Shown: positions 1-12,209 of the stretch, piece after piece
Position numbering within the stretch: position 1 is the first letter of the stretch
Layout: each line of letters starts with the position of its first letter
From: Amphiscolops sp. MND2022
Taxonomy: Eukaryota
NCBI GenBank assembly: GCA_964187785.1
Contig: OZ076411.1
Location: 20,646,001 to 20,710,000 of the forward strand
Length of the DNA stretch: 64,000 bases
Direction: 5' to 3'
Translations under genes and position numbers: made by a program
Notes under the pieces: model-generated
Told to the model about the DNA's origin: nothing
The model's input: the letters and a program-made list of their open reading frames with translations, nothing else
Database searches by the model: none

Positions 1-59
1 ATCATTGTCTCAATTGTACAGAAATGTTTGAATATAGAGCTAGCAGATGGGACAAAAGG

Positions 60-960
60 CTCAAAACAGGACAAATCGTTCCCCTACACAAAAAAGGAAC
101 CAGGAATGATGTCAAAAATTACAGAGTGGTATGCTTGTTGGCCATGGGCAGCAGGATCCTAGCAAAGGTCCTAACAAAAAGCCTACCTTCATGATCAGAG
201 AAGCTTAAAATTCTTGATGTGAGAAGCTTAAAATCAAGGCAGCTTTAGAGGTGGCAGATCAACAGCAGATGCCACTCAGCTGCTAGTGAGAAAAACTGAA
301 GACCCAAAGGACCTGAAAAAAAGGAAAACCTATATCAACCTCCCAGAGGTTGATCCATCAAACCCGGAAGCGAGGCTGCTGGACCTAAGCAAAGCGTACC
401 CCAGGGGAAGCAAACCCGTCTTATCGGAAATTCTACGGAATTATGGGATGAAAGGACCTTTCTAGGACTCCCTCGTAGACCTACATGAGGCAACAAAATG
501 CCAAGAATATTGCTCTACGACATTTTGTTTGTTTAACATTTACCACCAAGAAGTAATGAGGATAGCCTAAAAAGAAAGGAAAACGGTCTCGGACATGAAA
601 CATGGAACCACAGGACTTAAATGGCATTGGGTTCCCTGGCGCACTATCCCCGATCCGAACAAGGTGGAAACGTACTAAAGCGAAGCCGTTACACAGTAGC
701 AGTACTTATGTCTCTTCTTTGGGACGACACCGTAATCAAAGGCGAATGCAAAAAAAAACAGAAAAGCGTACAGATTGTGAAGGATGTAATGTCCCGGTTC
801 GAGGAAAAAACAAAGAAGACAAAGAAGAAGTGGCAGTTTTTGGCACTACGGAGGCAAAAGAAATGAGGTTCCTGGGACGATGACTGGGCCCGAGGAAAAC
901 ATAAAAAACCGCAGTAGGCCATGGTACACGAAGGAGGTAAAATTACTTCAATTTTGGATA
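60..960 (+). mobile_element. Degenerate non-LTR retrotransposon (LINE) reverse transcriptase fragment
   Basis: Manual translation gives LINE RT motifs in the expected order: KGTRNDVKNYRVVCLLAMGSRILAKVL; NQGSFRGGRSTADA; LLDLSKAYPR; CLFNIYHQ; SLLWDDT (FADD position); EMRFLG. Several stops and frameshifts. Confidence 0.85.
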
Positions 961-1014
961 GACAAGTGATACCGCCATATCTGGAGCAATAGAACGGGTT
1001 CATCTCTGATTCAA

Positions 1015-3782
1015 ATGGAAAGTCAGGGTAAAAACATGCAAGACATCAGAAACATCCTCAACGGATTAAATTTAACAATGCACAAATGCCACTTTGGCGC
1101 AACGGAAATTGACTTCATAGGCAGGAAAGTTACCCAGGAAGGAGTAAAACCTCAGAAGAAACGAATCACAACCTTTTGGGAGAAAACCAAATTCTCAAAA
1201 TCCAAAATAGCTTTACAAAGGTACCGTGGGTTCCTCATCTAATACCGAAATTATTTTCCAAGGTTATCTGAAAAGTTAATGTCAATCTCCCAAGGGGCCT
1301 TAAAAGGGACGAGATGGTCCAGGTTACTACAGAACTGTTACGGCAGTTCAACGCAATCAATAAAGACCTTGACAAATGCAGTCAATAGACCTTGAAGCAA
1401 CCTCTGCCAAACAGACAACTAGTCCTAATGACTGATGCAAGTTTCACGGCAGCTGGCTATGCAATATTAACTGAAGAAGAGCCAAATCAGAAGTACACTT
1501 CTGTCAAAAAACCCTATGCGCCAACTGCATATGGATCCAAAACATTTACTGCTTCACAGCTCAAAATGTCAAGATATGCAACATAATTCTTAGCCATATA
1601 TTACGCCTTGAAAGATTTTGGACATAACTTCTGGCGAACAACCGAACCGATTTTATATCTCACAGATACAAATCGGTAACAAGATTCTTCCAGACCAAGA
1701 TAAAACCTCCACCGCTCTGGAACGCTGGCGATTATGTTGTCCAATTTAATTTTATCATAGCCCACATCCCAGGCAAGAACAATACTGTGGCAGACTATCT
1801 GTACCGTATGAAAATGGACACTAAAGAAAAACTGGTCTTAAAAATACAAGAAGATGTCGAAACCAGACCTATCAAAGTTATGTCTATTCAGGCGGAGTGT
1901 CAGAAGAGGAACAAGTGTTCTCCACAGAAGAAGACAATGAGATGGAAGAACAGATTTCGGAACGCAAGAAACTGTCTAAGATTGGACCTAAGGTCGACGA
2001 GACTGTCAAACCAATCGACTGTCATACAAATCGACATATTTCAGAATACTGTTGACAAAGTAACGAGTTTTACTCAAAAGTTACGTCAAACCAATTAAAT
2101 CATATTAGAAAAATCCAAAATCCCAATTTTGCTACAATTGAAAGCAAGGATCTTTTAGGAAAAATACTCACAGGAAGTACTCCAGCATGATATCCAATTA
2201 AAACACTATCTAAATGATTTAGATAGATTAGTCCACAATATAAACACTAAGATGAAACATGACAAGTCAAACACCACCAACCACCAAATTTTACTGCCGA
2301 AACACTTACCGAAAGAACTATTGCTTGCCCTACATGGGACAGCGCATAGAGATCCTGGCATATCAAAATGCTGCAAGATATTCGACAGAAATACTACTAC
2401 CCAGGAAATGCAAAACACATGAAAAGCGAAATCTGCGCCAAAGATATGCGAGTCCGAAATAGTACAATACCGCTTGAAATACTATATTAATTTATAGATT
2501 GGGATGCAGGCCCGGAAGACGCCATGCAAATTGACCTGTTACCAAATCTCACCACTAGTGGTAAATACCACACAAAAATGATCACAATGAAGTGTTTTCA
2601 AGATACATACTCGCCTAACCGTTACTTGAGGCAACAGCCGCCAATACAGTAGAGGTGATAATTGATATAATGACATTCTTATTTGCCGTCAACACTCATC
2701 ACTGGCAAAGGGTCTGCTTTTACATCAACCATCTTTGCGGAAATAACTTGAAAATGGCCTCAGGGGATACCGACGACAATGGCACAAACATCTGCCACTA
2801 ACAGTGCTCAACTATAATGCTACATATCATTCTAGTATTGGATGTGAGCCGAGCAAGGTCTTTCATGGGCGTATTCCCTACAAGGTTGTGAATCAGAAAC
2901 TGGCGATAAATTGAAACGAAAATTTCTTAACAAGGACCGATTTTGCGGAGAGGACTTACAGCAAAGAACGCAAATGCTTATCGATTAAGCGAAGCAAAAT
3001 GTAATGCAGTCTTTTCTGAAGTATAAAGAATAATTAGACAGGAAGACCAAGGCTAAGACGCTCAAAGAAAAAGACTATTGGTTTTTTTACAACCTAAAAC
3101 TGGCAGCCAAAGAACCAAAAGAAAAAATGCCGTTCCGGGCCTACAGGTGGATTGGGCCATATGTCATAGAAATTGTACTGCCAAATGACAACTATATAGT
3201 TCGATGCTTGAATACGAACAAAACGCAAATCCTACACTGTATCAGGCTTCAAAAATGTGTCCACAAAACTCCATTACAGGACAACAACAATGATGAAGAG
3301 TTACAGCCAGACGACGAAAGAGTAAAACCACAAAACGACTTGTATACTATTTCTTGGCAAGTCGATTTTGATTACGAGGTGTTCGAGCGGAGAAAAGATA
3401 ATTGGCCGGATACGGCCATAAGCCTACCGAACGACGATGCAGGCGGCCGAGTAGACTATTACGTCACCGGAGAGAATGAACGCAGCAGCCTAAATGACAA
3501 TGAACGCAGCAGCGAGAAAGGAATGGAAGCGACGGCAGTGAGAAGAAAGTAAAGCTGAGATCGGCCAGCAGCCGAGACGTGACGTCCTCACCAGACGAGT
3601 CGCCTAATGAGGCTGAAAATGAATTAAATGACGCGGAGAACGCTTCAAATGGAGGCTCAGATATTACCGTGCCCCGAATATCAGAAATTGAAAATTCTGA
3701 TGAAGTTTCTAGCCCTAGAGAAGGGAAACACAATCTTCGACCTAAACCAATCTCCAACTTTACTGAAGAATACAGATACTAG
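1015..3782 (+). pseudogene. pol: Gypsy pol remnant (RT C-terminus, RNase H, integrase, GPY/F module)
   Basis: KCHFGATEIDFIGRKVT (RT end); LVLMTDASFTAAGYA...AYGSKTF (RNase H); HIPGKNNTVADYL; QIDLLPNL...VFSRY (integrase core); RWIGPYVI (GPY/F); C-terminus NLRPKPISNFTEEYRY*. Many stops and frameshifts. Confidence 0.9.
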
Positions 3783-3972
3783 TCAGACACTCAAATTGAG
3801 GAGTTCCGTTGCACCTTCTTTTTACACTTTTTTGGGGCCAAACTGACTATACGAACAATGAAACTCAATAACGCAGATACTACCCATTAGATGAAATATA
3901 TACAAATAAAACAAATCAACAACTAAATTACTAACTCAACAAGTCTACAAAGCAAATGTACATTATGTACAT

Positions 3973-6900
3973 TTATTCTTTAGAGGATCCTCGCTGGGGC
4001 TCCTTCACAGAGTCATTTAGCTCGGAAGAGGTCACTTGCCCAAATAAAACCTTGTTTTTGCTCTCACTCGAAGAACGTCCTTTGCGTCTCTCGTCAGAAC
4101 TAGACGACGAAGATCCTATTCGATGGACGGCTGGCATAGAAATGTCCCCAAAGATTTGAATACGGTGATGAGTATCTTGCGGAAATTGCTTTCACGAAAG
4201 AGTCAATATGGGACGAATGGTGACCAGTCACGATGTCACTGCTAAATTGTTCCGCACGTTCATGGAACTCCCTCTGTTATGGAATCCGGAAAATTGGTCA
4301 AATAGGACTGCGCAGCTAAAATAACATATGAAAAGCGACACTTGGGATCATTGCCATCAACCCATTGGAATTTGACTGGTGGTTGCTCAACCGCCTCCTC
4401 GGTAAGACATAGACAACCCAATTGATTAAGTGAAACAGGTTTGCGCATGCGAAGTTCAGGCATCGCTTTGAGGAAGGCCACCTTGTCCTTGAAGACTTCA
4501 GGAGAGTCTTTAAACTCCACGTAGGTGCTGCGGAAATGGTCTAGGAACCCCAGGTATTCGTCGCGAGTATCTTACTCAGGTGATTTGGGCAGCCATCCTC
4601 GAAGGCTAAAACTGTTGTACAAAGCTTGCCATTCCACTGACGATGTCGGCGTTGAGTCTTATGTCCTTTTGTAAAGTCTCCAACAAGAAAACAAAGTAAC
4701 TCCAAGCCTTTTTCACAGAATTTTTGACTATTTGAGTTTTAGATTCCACAATTGAGTTGGCTGACTTCTTGTCGCTCAAATCGCGTGTGGTCTTGACCCG
4801 ACAGGCTCCATCCGAATCAGACAGTAATTTCAAGCGATAAAGGTTTTCTCGGCTCGGTAGCTGCCTTAGCTCTCTGACCCTGTAACTCGAGCATGGCCAT
4901 TCAATCCATTGCTCCAGGGACATGCTTGGGAAATAAGGCCCCGTAGCACAGCTTTCTCACGAAACGATGTAGCTGACCAAAGTTGAGGAAGGCAGAATCC
5001 TTGGGCCCGGGTAGACTCAACATGAAACTCTTTGTATCTAAACAACGAAGGACGGGATTTGGAAGGAGTGGAAGGCTTGTATCAAAGAGTAAAAGGCAAT
5101 AAAGGGCCTAGTGGTCATGGTCAAAATCCCAAAGACAAAAGATACAAGACTAACAGTCACGAATGATTCTGCCAAATAGTTCCAGTTTAACAGGGAAAAG
5201 CTCATCCATGATGATTAGCCATTCAAGATTCTGGGGCTAAAAAGAACAAATCTTATTAACCTATCATATGGAAGTATTGGACATCATATAGTCTGAGCTT
5301 GATTAAAGGGAAAAAAAGTATCTTGTTCCTGACTCCTTGCAAGGGCTGTGTTAGAGTGGTCTTGACTATATAATTCAGCACGACCTTCCAGTTTGTGAGC
5401 AGCTCAGAGCTTATGGCAGGGATTGAACTCAAAGAAAGATCACAGGTTGAGATAGCCTATAACACCTGGGACTGAAAGTCGTCCTGTATAGAACAAAATC
5501 CTAATGAGAAGTAAATTACATACTTGTGAAAGTGCAGGCATTCCTGTGAACTATGGCTGTTCTTGACAGCCATTGGGGATATGAGCGGGAACTTAAGTTG
5601 AGAGAAAAAATCGAATTTCTCAAAAACACCAGCTCCCAGCTGATGCATCAGGACTTCCGGGGACAGAAAACTGAATCTGAAGGGATGATGTATACCCTGT
5701 TGAAATAGTGTGCATCGATCCAATAAGTGGACCACCTCGACTATGCACCCGGACGTCCTTGGTTGAGAAGCGAATACTGAGAGGAGTCGCGAAGTTGTAT
5801 TAAGTATGCCTGTGGCTGGGTCACAAGAAAATTGGTAAGGGATTAAGTTTACTCGAACCAGGGAACTCGCTTTCCAGATGTGGATGTAACTAAACTATAC
5901 AGTCCTTTCTTTTTGAACTCAAAGGAGTAGAAGCTAGATGACGACGAAATCTGATGAGCGATGTCTGCGATAGCGCACAGGAAGATGTGATGGAAATTGG
6001 TCTGAAACCGAAAATCACGAGGGGCACAAGATGTTTAAAGTACCTCAACAAAAACCATTGCGCGATGGAAAGAAACTTACTTTGAGTGCGGTTGCTCCTC
6101 ATAAATAGGTGAGAAAAACTCTTGACGATTGGCAGTCACGCTCACTTGGGGCCAACGGGTTTGTAACAGAAGGATGTTGCCACAACCAGGTACAAATAGC
6201 CCAACGAGAGAGATCTGCATTGAAAGTCGTTTCTCTGAATCATTAGTGAAAGCTCCAACACCAGCTATATATTCATCTTAAAATGGATACTTAATACCAA
6301 TGTCTGCTAATTGCACATTGTCGTAAAACGGTTCTTCTTTCTCGAGATCAGGAATGGTTGAAATGTGACCGTCTTGTCCTCCGACATTGTTGCTCGTCAC
6401 TCTGGTGATCTTGATCACCTTCAATGAATGCTCATTCCTCCTCCGTTGATCCTTGCGGAGATGAGATTCTGACTAGTATTGCCGAATTATTTCTCGAGCA
6501 GCCTTTGAGTATATGGAAACGTTGGTTTTGAAAGTTTGGCAATAGAATTTTTAATTGTTGTGCTCTCGATCTAACGGCCCGGTGACAAAGGTCTTCGTCC
6601 ATTTTATGAATTTGAAATAGGCCTCCTCCTCTACTTTTCCTGGTTTGCTCAGAAGTTTTCGTCTTTCACGTGGGGGACTGGGAATGGTAGGGCTGGTGTC
6701 CACTCACCGCGCTGAGCACTTCTGAAGGGACTTGTGGGTTAGACCGATTCTCAACGGTCTCTTCGCTTGTTGCATGTGTGGCAGCCATTATTTCAGATTC
6801 TGATGCCTTTTGTGGATCGTCCCTTGAGTACCCTTATTCTTCCGATGAGAGAGTCTGCTGAACTGGCGCAAAGTTTGATCCTCTATAGTCGTTATACTCT

Positions 6901-7012
6901 CCAAGGTTCTTTCCACGTCTGCAGTGGGATTTTCCTCAGTAGGTGGATTCATAACATCAAGCAATTGGACTGACGGATTTTCAGGCACATCAATATTCTG
7001 CTTTGACGACAT
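3973..7012 (-). pseudogene. ~1000-codon degenerate antisense accessory ORF of Gypsy A; BED-finger/hAT-transposase-like
   Basis: The frame from ATG 7012 stays continuous through about 6050 with a few stops. It contains KWTKTFVTG...KFYCQTFKTNVSIYSKAAREIIRQY*SESH (decayed C2H2/BED-like finger, ~6455-6610), LLTNWKVVLNY (~5370-5405), NADIVSGMASF, RDEYLGFLDHFR and LGCLCLTE, and ends in a Ser/Lys-rich tail at stop 3973-3975. The family call is pattern recognition only. Confidence 0.6.
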
Positions 7013-7273
7013 GTCTTAGCAAAAAACATCTGTTAACGGCAAATTTCCTGCTTTGAGAAACAAAATGACGCGTTTAAACTCTTCCGGAAGTGACCAAAAC
7101 TGAACACTAGTATTATACAGTGTTTTTGGACCGGAGGTACGTGAATGTGACGAGAGCCCTAATCAAGCTGATTTCCGTTCAAATTTAAAGTTTCGAAACC
7201 TGAGAATTCTAACTTACAATTAACCAGAGAGGAAGAATTTTCCAGACAAAGACTGATTGGCAACGGAGAGGAT

Positions 7274-7592
7274 TGTTGGGGATACTGTGCTATACCCAAT
7301 GAAACGAGGAAACTGATGATCAAACCACAAGACAAAAAGATACGTAGAAGATAGGCGACTGGATGTCAGTCTTCCCATAGATCAACCGAAGATGATAAAG
7401 AGAGATGAAATACTACAAGAGAAATGCAACGGAAAAAACACTAAAGAGGACTCAAAGACTGAGGAACTAAATGAAGATTGAGTACTTGAGAAAACAAAAG
7501 GTTAATATAAATGAACTGAGAATGAAGAATTGACAAATAAAAAAGAATTGACAGAATGTCAGAATTGAAAATTGGTATTCGTGACTATTCTA
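7274..7592 (+). repeat. Probable 3' LTR of Gypsy A (~320 bp)
   Basis: Purine tract GGAGAGGA immediately before TGTTGGGG at 7274; TATAAAT at 7506 and AATAAA at 7536; ends near GACTATTC(T)A. No second copy in the window to confirm it. Confidence 0.5.
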
Positions 7593-7984
7593 TTTGGCGT
7601 CAAAATTCATGATTTTATGGTTTTTTGAAGATTCTGTGATATGTGGATAGAAACTGCGGATAGATATACACTATATACCCTTAAAGATTTTATCAGTTTT
7701 AACTTTTTTTCTATTATTGCAAAATTATTTTATTCTGTTCCATATATGGATTGAAGGCCATGATTGGCCATTTTCCCTGATGAATATCTCGCTGTGATCT
7801 TATTGGTCGACAGTTCAAGGACGAAGATCGCGATCAGCCAGCAACTGACCCATTTGAAAATTTAAGTGGTCGCAGAAGAAGAAAAAAACACTCAGTGGTG
7901 TGAAAATGGTCACTCACCGCCTGAAGGACATCAGAAGTGATAAAAAGTCAACAAAGCGGTGTCGGTTAATCATCAAAGACCTGA

Positions 7985-8277
7985 TTGCGTTGCTTTTGAG
8001 GAATTTTTTGAAGCAAGAATGTAAAAACCCGGGAAAAACCCTAACAAGTTTGGGGGATACCTAGAGAGAAAAAAATAATTCTGATTTTTAGTTTCGCGTC
8101 AGACAGTTCTTATCTTGGAACGTTGCTTTTGCGTTGCCTCTTGCGTTGCTTTTGAGGAATTTTTTGAAGCAAGAATGTAAAACCCCGGGAAAAACCCTAA
8201 CAAGTTTGGGGGATACCTAGAGAGAAAAAAATAATTCTGATTTTTAGTTTCGCGTCAGACAGTTCTTATCTTGGAAC
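7985..8277. repeat. Direct duplication of ~137 bp (period 156 bp)
   Basis: TTGCGTTGCTTTTGAGG...ATCTTGGAAC at 7985-8121 and 8141-8277, near identical; the spacer is made of GCGTTGC-like motifs. Confidence 0.95.
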
Positions 8278-8344
8278 TAGCACTAAATCAATCTTTGCAA
8301 TCAAAACTGTCAGGGTTGCGAAGGAGGCTATCAAAGAAAAATTC

Positions 8345-9151
8345 ATGCCCCAACAATTTCCGCTGGAAATTGAGGATAACCAGACCTCAGTGAGCAGCGT
8401 TATTTCTATCCCAAGTGACGAAGAGGACGCCATGGACTCTACGAGCTCAGCAACAGATGACCTGTCATCATCCGAAGAGGAGTCTGAGGAAATTGTCCTG
8501 ATGGCAAGAGTGCAGAGAGAGACAATTAGCGGACCCTTTTCCATTCCCTAGGCCGAGCTCCAAGGGAGGAGTTATGAGGGTTGTGACAACAAGTCCTGCA
8601 CTACCGCCTCATCCTAATTTTAACCATGCACACTTCTATTTTTGTCGTGGCAACGACCCAGTCCCTAGAGGGCGCAGATTAAAAGTAACCATGCAATCAA
8701 AATATGCAGAAACTTAGTACCATTCGCAGATACTCCGCTGTCCCCACCGCCTGAAGATAGATGGCCGAACTACGTACCAGAAACACCCGAATATGTATGT
8801 GACAAGGCAACGCTTACGGTGGAAACGATCTCTAGCCATTTTGACGAGATTGCTTTGACATAAACTGTGCCCTCGGCAGGATGCTCAGACTGCGTCGTAT
8901 GCGGGAAATCTGTATCGCAGATACAGAGTGAAACAACAGAAGACTACCTTCGCAAAACTGTGACGATTGGCGAAACAGCAGCTCAGAAAGGGAAACGAAG
9001 CAGAGCATTCCTTATCGGAATGGCCTCAAGGACTTTCCTTTTGATGCCAGGGGGATTGTCGCAGGCTGCCGCCTGCGATGGTAGTTGGTACTTTGTGTCG
9101 TACAATTACCATCGCACCCTGCCTGTGATAATCCCTGGACTGAATGGGTAA
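8345..9151 (+). pseudogene. Gypsy 3' accessory ORF (acidic/SIM-like N-terminus, CxxC domain) overlapping PPT and LTR start
   Basis: ORFs 8345-8551 and 8867-9151 are in the same frame, separated by a few stops. The C-terminal 65 aa align ungapped with the accessory ORF of the 24.9-37 kb array. Confidence 0.65.
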
Positions 9152-9440
9152 TTCCCTAATCATAATCTTCAAGGTTATTTTGTTCATGTTGCTAAATTCA
9201 TAGTACTTATGTTGCCGTGCAATTAGAATAATTGTTGCTTTTGTAGATGTAAAATTGTAGAAATTGGACACCAAGGCATACAGGCAAAGAAACGCCTTCA
9301 AATGTTTCCCTGCCTGGCGCGGCGGACATCAAGTCCTATTCAGTATTAACCAATCAGATCTCTCCAATTTAGAATTGATTTCATATATAAACTTGTACTA
9401 ATCAAACGAAGGCCTAGTAGGGCTTAGTGATAAGTTACAG
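9049..9440 (+). repeat. PPT (AGGGGGA) plus start of an LTR (TGTCGC at 9057); right boundary uncertain
   Basis: G-run followed by TGTCGCAG, at the same codon position (GGLS/AGLS) as the TGTCGCG LTR edge proven at 47973. Confidence 0.5.
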
Positions 9441-10139
9441 TAATTATTCATGGTAACTGACCTGTTGCGGCTTTTTTCGCTGAATTCTAAACCGATGCTA
9501 CTAAAAATACGAATTGGTACTCTTAAAAAGTGCACTGTGAAAGAAGCCATTTGCGGGGAAAGACGGAACAGAAACTTGGACGTGGCCTTCTTTAGTTCAT
9601 TTGAAATAATAATTTTGAACGATTTTATTTAGGCATGAACTTATTGTTGAAGACTAAATGTTGTCCATGAAAATAGTATTTCTAATATAAAAACGGACGT
9701 GAAGTCTTCCCACCTTTACTCATTTACCTGTGATTCAGCAAGGACGTATTCGGACCAGTCGGATGTTTGTCCTACATGCCGTATTAGTATACATGTATAC
9801 GTACATGTAGAAAGTTTCATACATGTATATGATTGCTGTCGATACTGTTATGTTCGGAAAGCCTAGCAGGTCATGTAAACAATTGTAGCCGCTAGGCTGT
9901 GATGTTTTTTTCAGAACTATTATTCGTCATTGGGCTAGTAAAGGATTCGATTTTTAGTTATTGTGATCCTATTTATAGCAACATGATGCCCTGAATTTGG
10001 ATATGTCATCCTCCGTGGGGTATATATAGACCGCCCAAGGAGGCTCTGGCACAATTCCGCTAGACAACTTTGAAAATACAAAAGAAAAAGAACAAAAATA
10101 AAAGTCGATAATCAAAATAATACACTCTCGCATACTTTT

Positions 10140-10760
10140 AATGTCATCTACAAGGAGACCAAAAGCAAAAGCAAAAATGTTCAAAGAGATGGACATGATG
10201 TGCGATTTTGACAAAATGGACGAGTGAGTCGGCAGTGGAAATGCAAACCCTATAGAAAGGGAGATAGCAAATATCATTGATGGTTCAGTCAATAACAACG
10301 AAACCAAAGCCTTCTTCCAACAAAGAGGGAATTCCTGACAGGAGAAAGAAAATAGGTTTTTTAGCGGCGAAAGTACTGTCCCTAGACAAGGTCGACTGTT
10401 TGAATCAATGGACATAATCTGAAATGAGATAAAAATGCGTCTCTCGCAGAGATGGACTACGTTGTGCCCTAAATGCAGTCTCAGATCAACACGGCTATAT
10501 AATCCGCAATTAACGATAGAGTCACTCCTGGAATACAAAATGATATGGGTTCACTGTTTTCACGTCAAAGAGACACTGAGTCCGGGACGTCCGGCAATTG
10601 TCAGGAGAACAACGATCAGGCAATAAGGGTTGAATACAAAAATAACAAAGAGGGAACCTAGTTCTTTTGATCTTAGCGACACTGGGGAATCAAGTCCTTA
10701 CACAGAGGATTTGTTTTGCTTGGATAAAAGAAACAATGAGAAATTAGTTTGTTCTAAGAG
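10140..10760 (+). pseudogene. Possible Gypsy gag N-terminal fragment
   Basis: Decayed frame MSSTRRPKAKAKMFKEMDMM...NPIEREIANII...NEIKMRLSQ...MQSQINTAI, a basic start followed by a coiled-coil-like region. Assigned from recollection of similar Gypsy ORF1 N-termini, not verified. Confidence 0.35.
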
Positions 10761-12209
10761 TTTTTTTCTGAGTCTTCTAGTCAGAAAGAACAAACAAACT
10801 TGTAATTTGGTGAAGGAGAAACAGATGTTTTGACTGGACTGCACGAGGCGGGAGAGAGGGGATCTTAGAGAGTACGCTGCGAAAAAGAAACGCGAGACAA
10901 GTCTTTCGAAGATAAAGCGTTGAGCCTTTAATTTGTACAAGAGAGAAGCTTTACCCAATCAACATAGGCAGTGCACTTCATTAGGTCCGAGTAAAATTCG
11001 TCATGGCTTCGGTACATATTTGTTTATGGATCAAGAGGCGGACGGGTCGACTGTTAGTTGGGAGAAATTTTCATCAGCCAGCTTAACGGGTGAATCGTGA
11101 AGGCTAGCCGACGCAATTCTTGAAAGTCCTGCCGAAAAATTTTTTTTCAAGTGGAGGTATTATTCGCGACTAATCAGCTTTTCTTCTAAGGTAGAAAAAC
11201 TCCGCGCACAAGGTGCTTCAAAGATTTCCATCCAGGAACAAATATTAACTCTAGTGGACTCTTGTTAACTTTAAAAAACAAATTTGCGCAATTGGCAAAG
11301 TTATTATTTAAAAAGAGAATCTCGTCTCACAAGTGACGCGCAGCTTTCTGTTTGTTCACTTTTAATTGCTATCAAGCATAGCCGCCGTGGCTTTGAAAAG
11401 TGTGAAGATTGTGCCGATTGATTTCAAATAAACGAAAAAAGTTTTTCTAGCTCCGATACAAACTTCAATTAAAGCTTGTTCTGCAAAATTTTTCAATTTT
11501 TGAACTCGTCTGTAAAAAGGTGATTGGGGTACACAGTTTAAAGGTAATTGCAGTACGTTTCAGATTCTACGTTTCTCAAAGCTTCTGTTAATGACTCATT
11601 AACTCGAATACACAAACTAATTTTCCCAAACTTTTGATATCTTTCTATCTCGTTTGATTTTGTTCACATGGTTTTTGACTTCGATACTGAACCGTTAATT
11701 GACAAATAGAACTTTATGAGCCGTTTATTGGCGCTCCTGACATTAACTTTAATCTTATTGGCGCTCCTGATATTAAAACGATGCTGAATTTACCAACCTA
11801 AAGGTCAAATAAAAGCGTTCCCTACAAACATTTCTCCCTAAATTTGATTCAACATGTGTCCTGAAACATGAACATTTGTCCCCAGTTTTTGAGATCCTGT
11901 TTTGTAAAACTCGTCCATGTATCGTTTTTTTTTACAAAACATGGTATTGGACACCCTTTCTCGGTGGCCACCATTCTTAGTTGCCACCCGCCTCAGCGGA
12001 TGCCACCTCTGAGTGGTAACCCGTCTAAGTGGTAACCCATCAAGCTCGTCATCTGGGAGTGGAAAAAATAACATTTTCCGCTTCTCCTCTCTCTAAAGCT
12101 AAATAATTTTTGGATTGTGCAGAGCAACTTCTGATTGCAGTTCACACTTCACCAATAAAGTTTACAAGCAACCCAACCTAGGCTTAGCGTAACGGCTGTT
12201 TAGGCTATG

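Larger units (their letters stand above)
1010..7592 (+). mobile_element. Ty3/Gypsy LTR retrotransposon A, 5'-truncated (pol remnant + antisense ORF + probable 3' LTR)
   Basis: RT-RNaseH-integrase order in pol, then a convergent ORF, then a purine tract and a TG-initiated LTR-like segment. Confidence 0.8.

Noticed and set aside
3973-7012. env gene as the identity of the extra Gypsy ORF
   Set aside because: Antisense orientation; no signal peptide, furin site or C-terminal transmembrane anchor seen.
9969-10538. 189-aa minus-strand ORF (likewise 14243-14842 and 12975-13625)
   Set aside because: Antisense shadows of gag-like or repeat sequence on the plus strand; no motifs.
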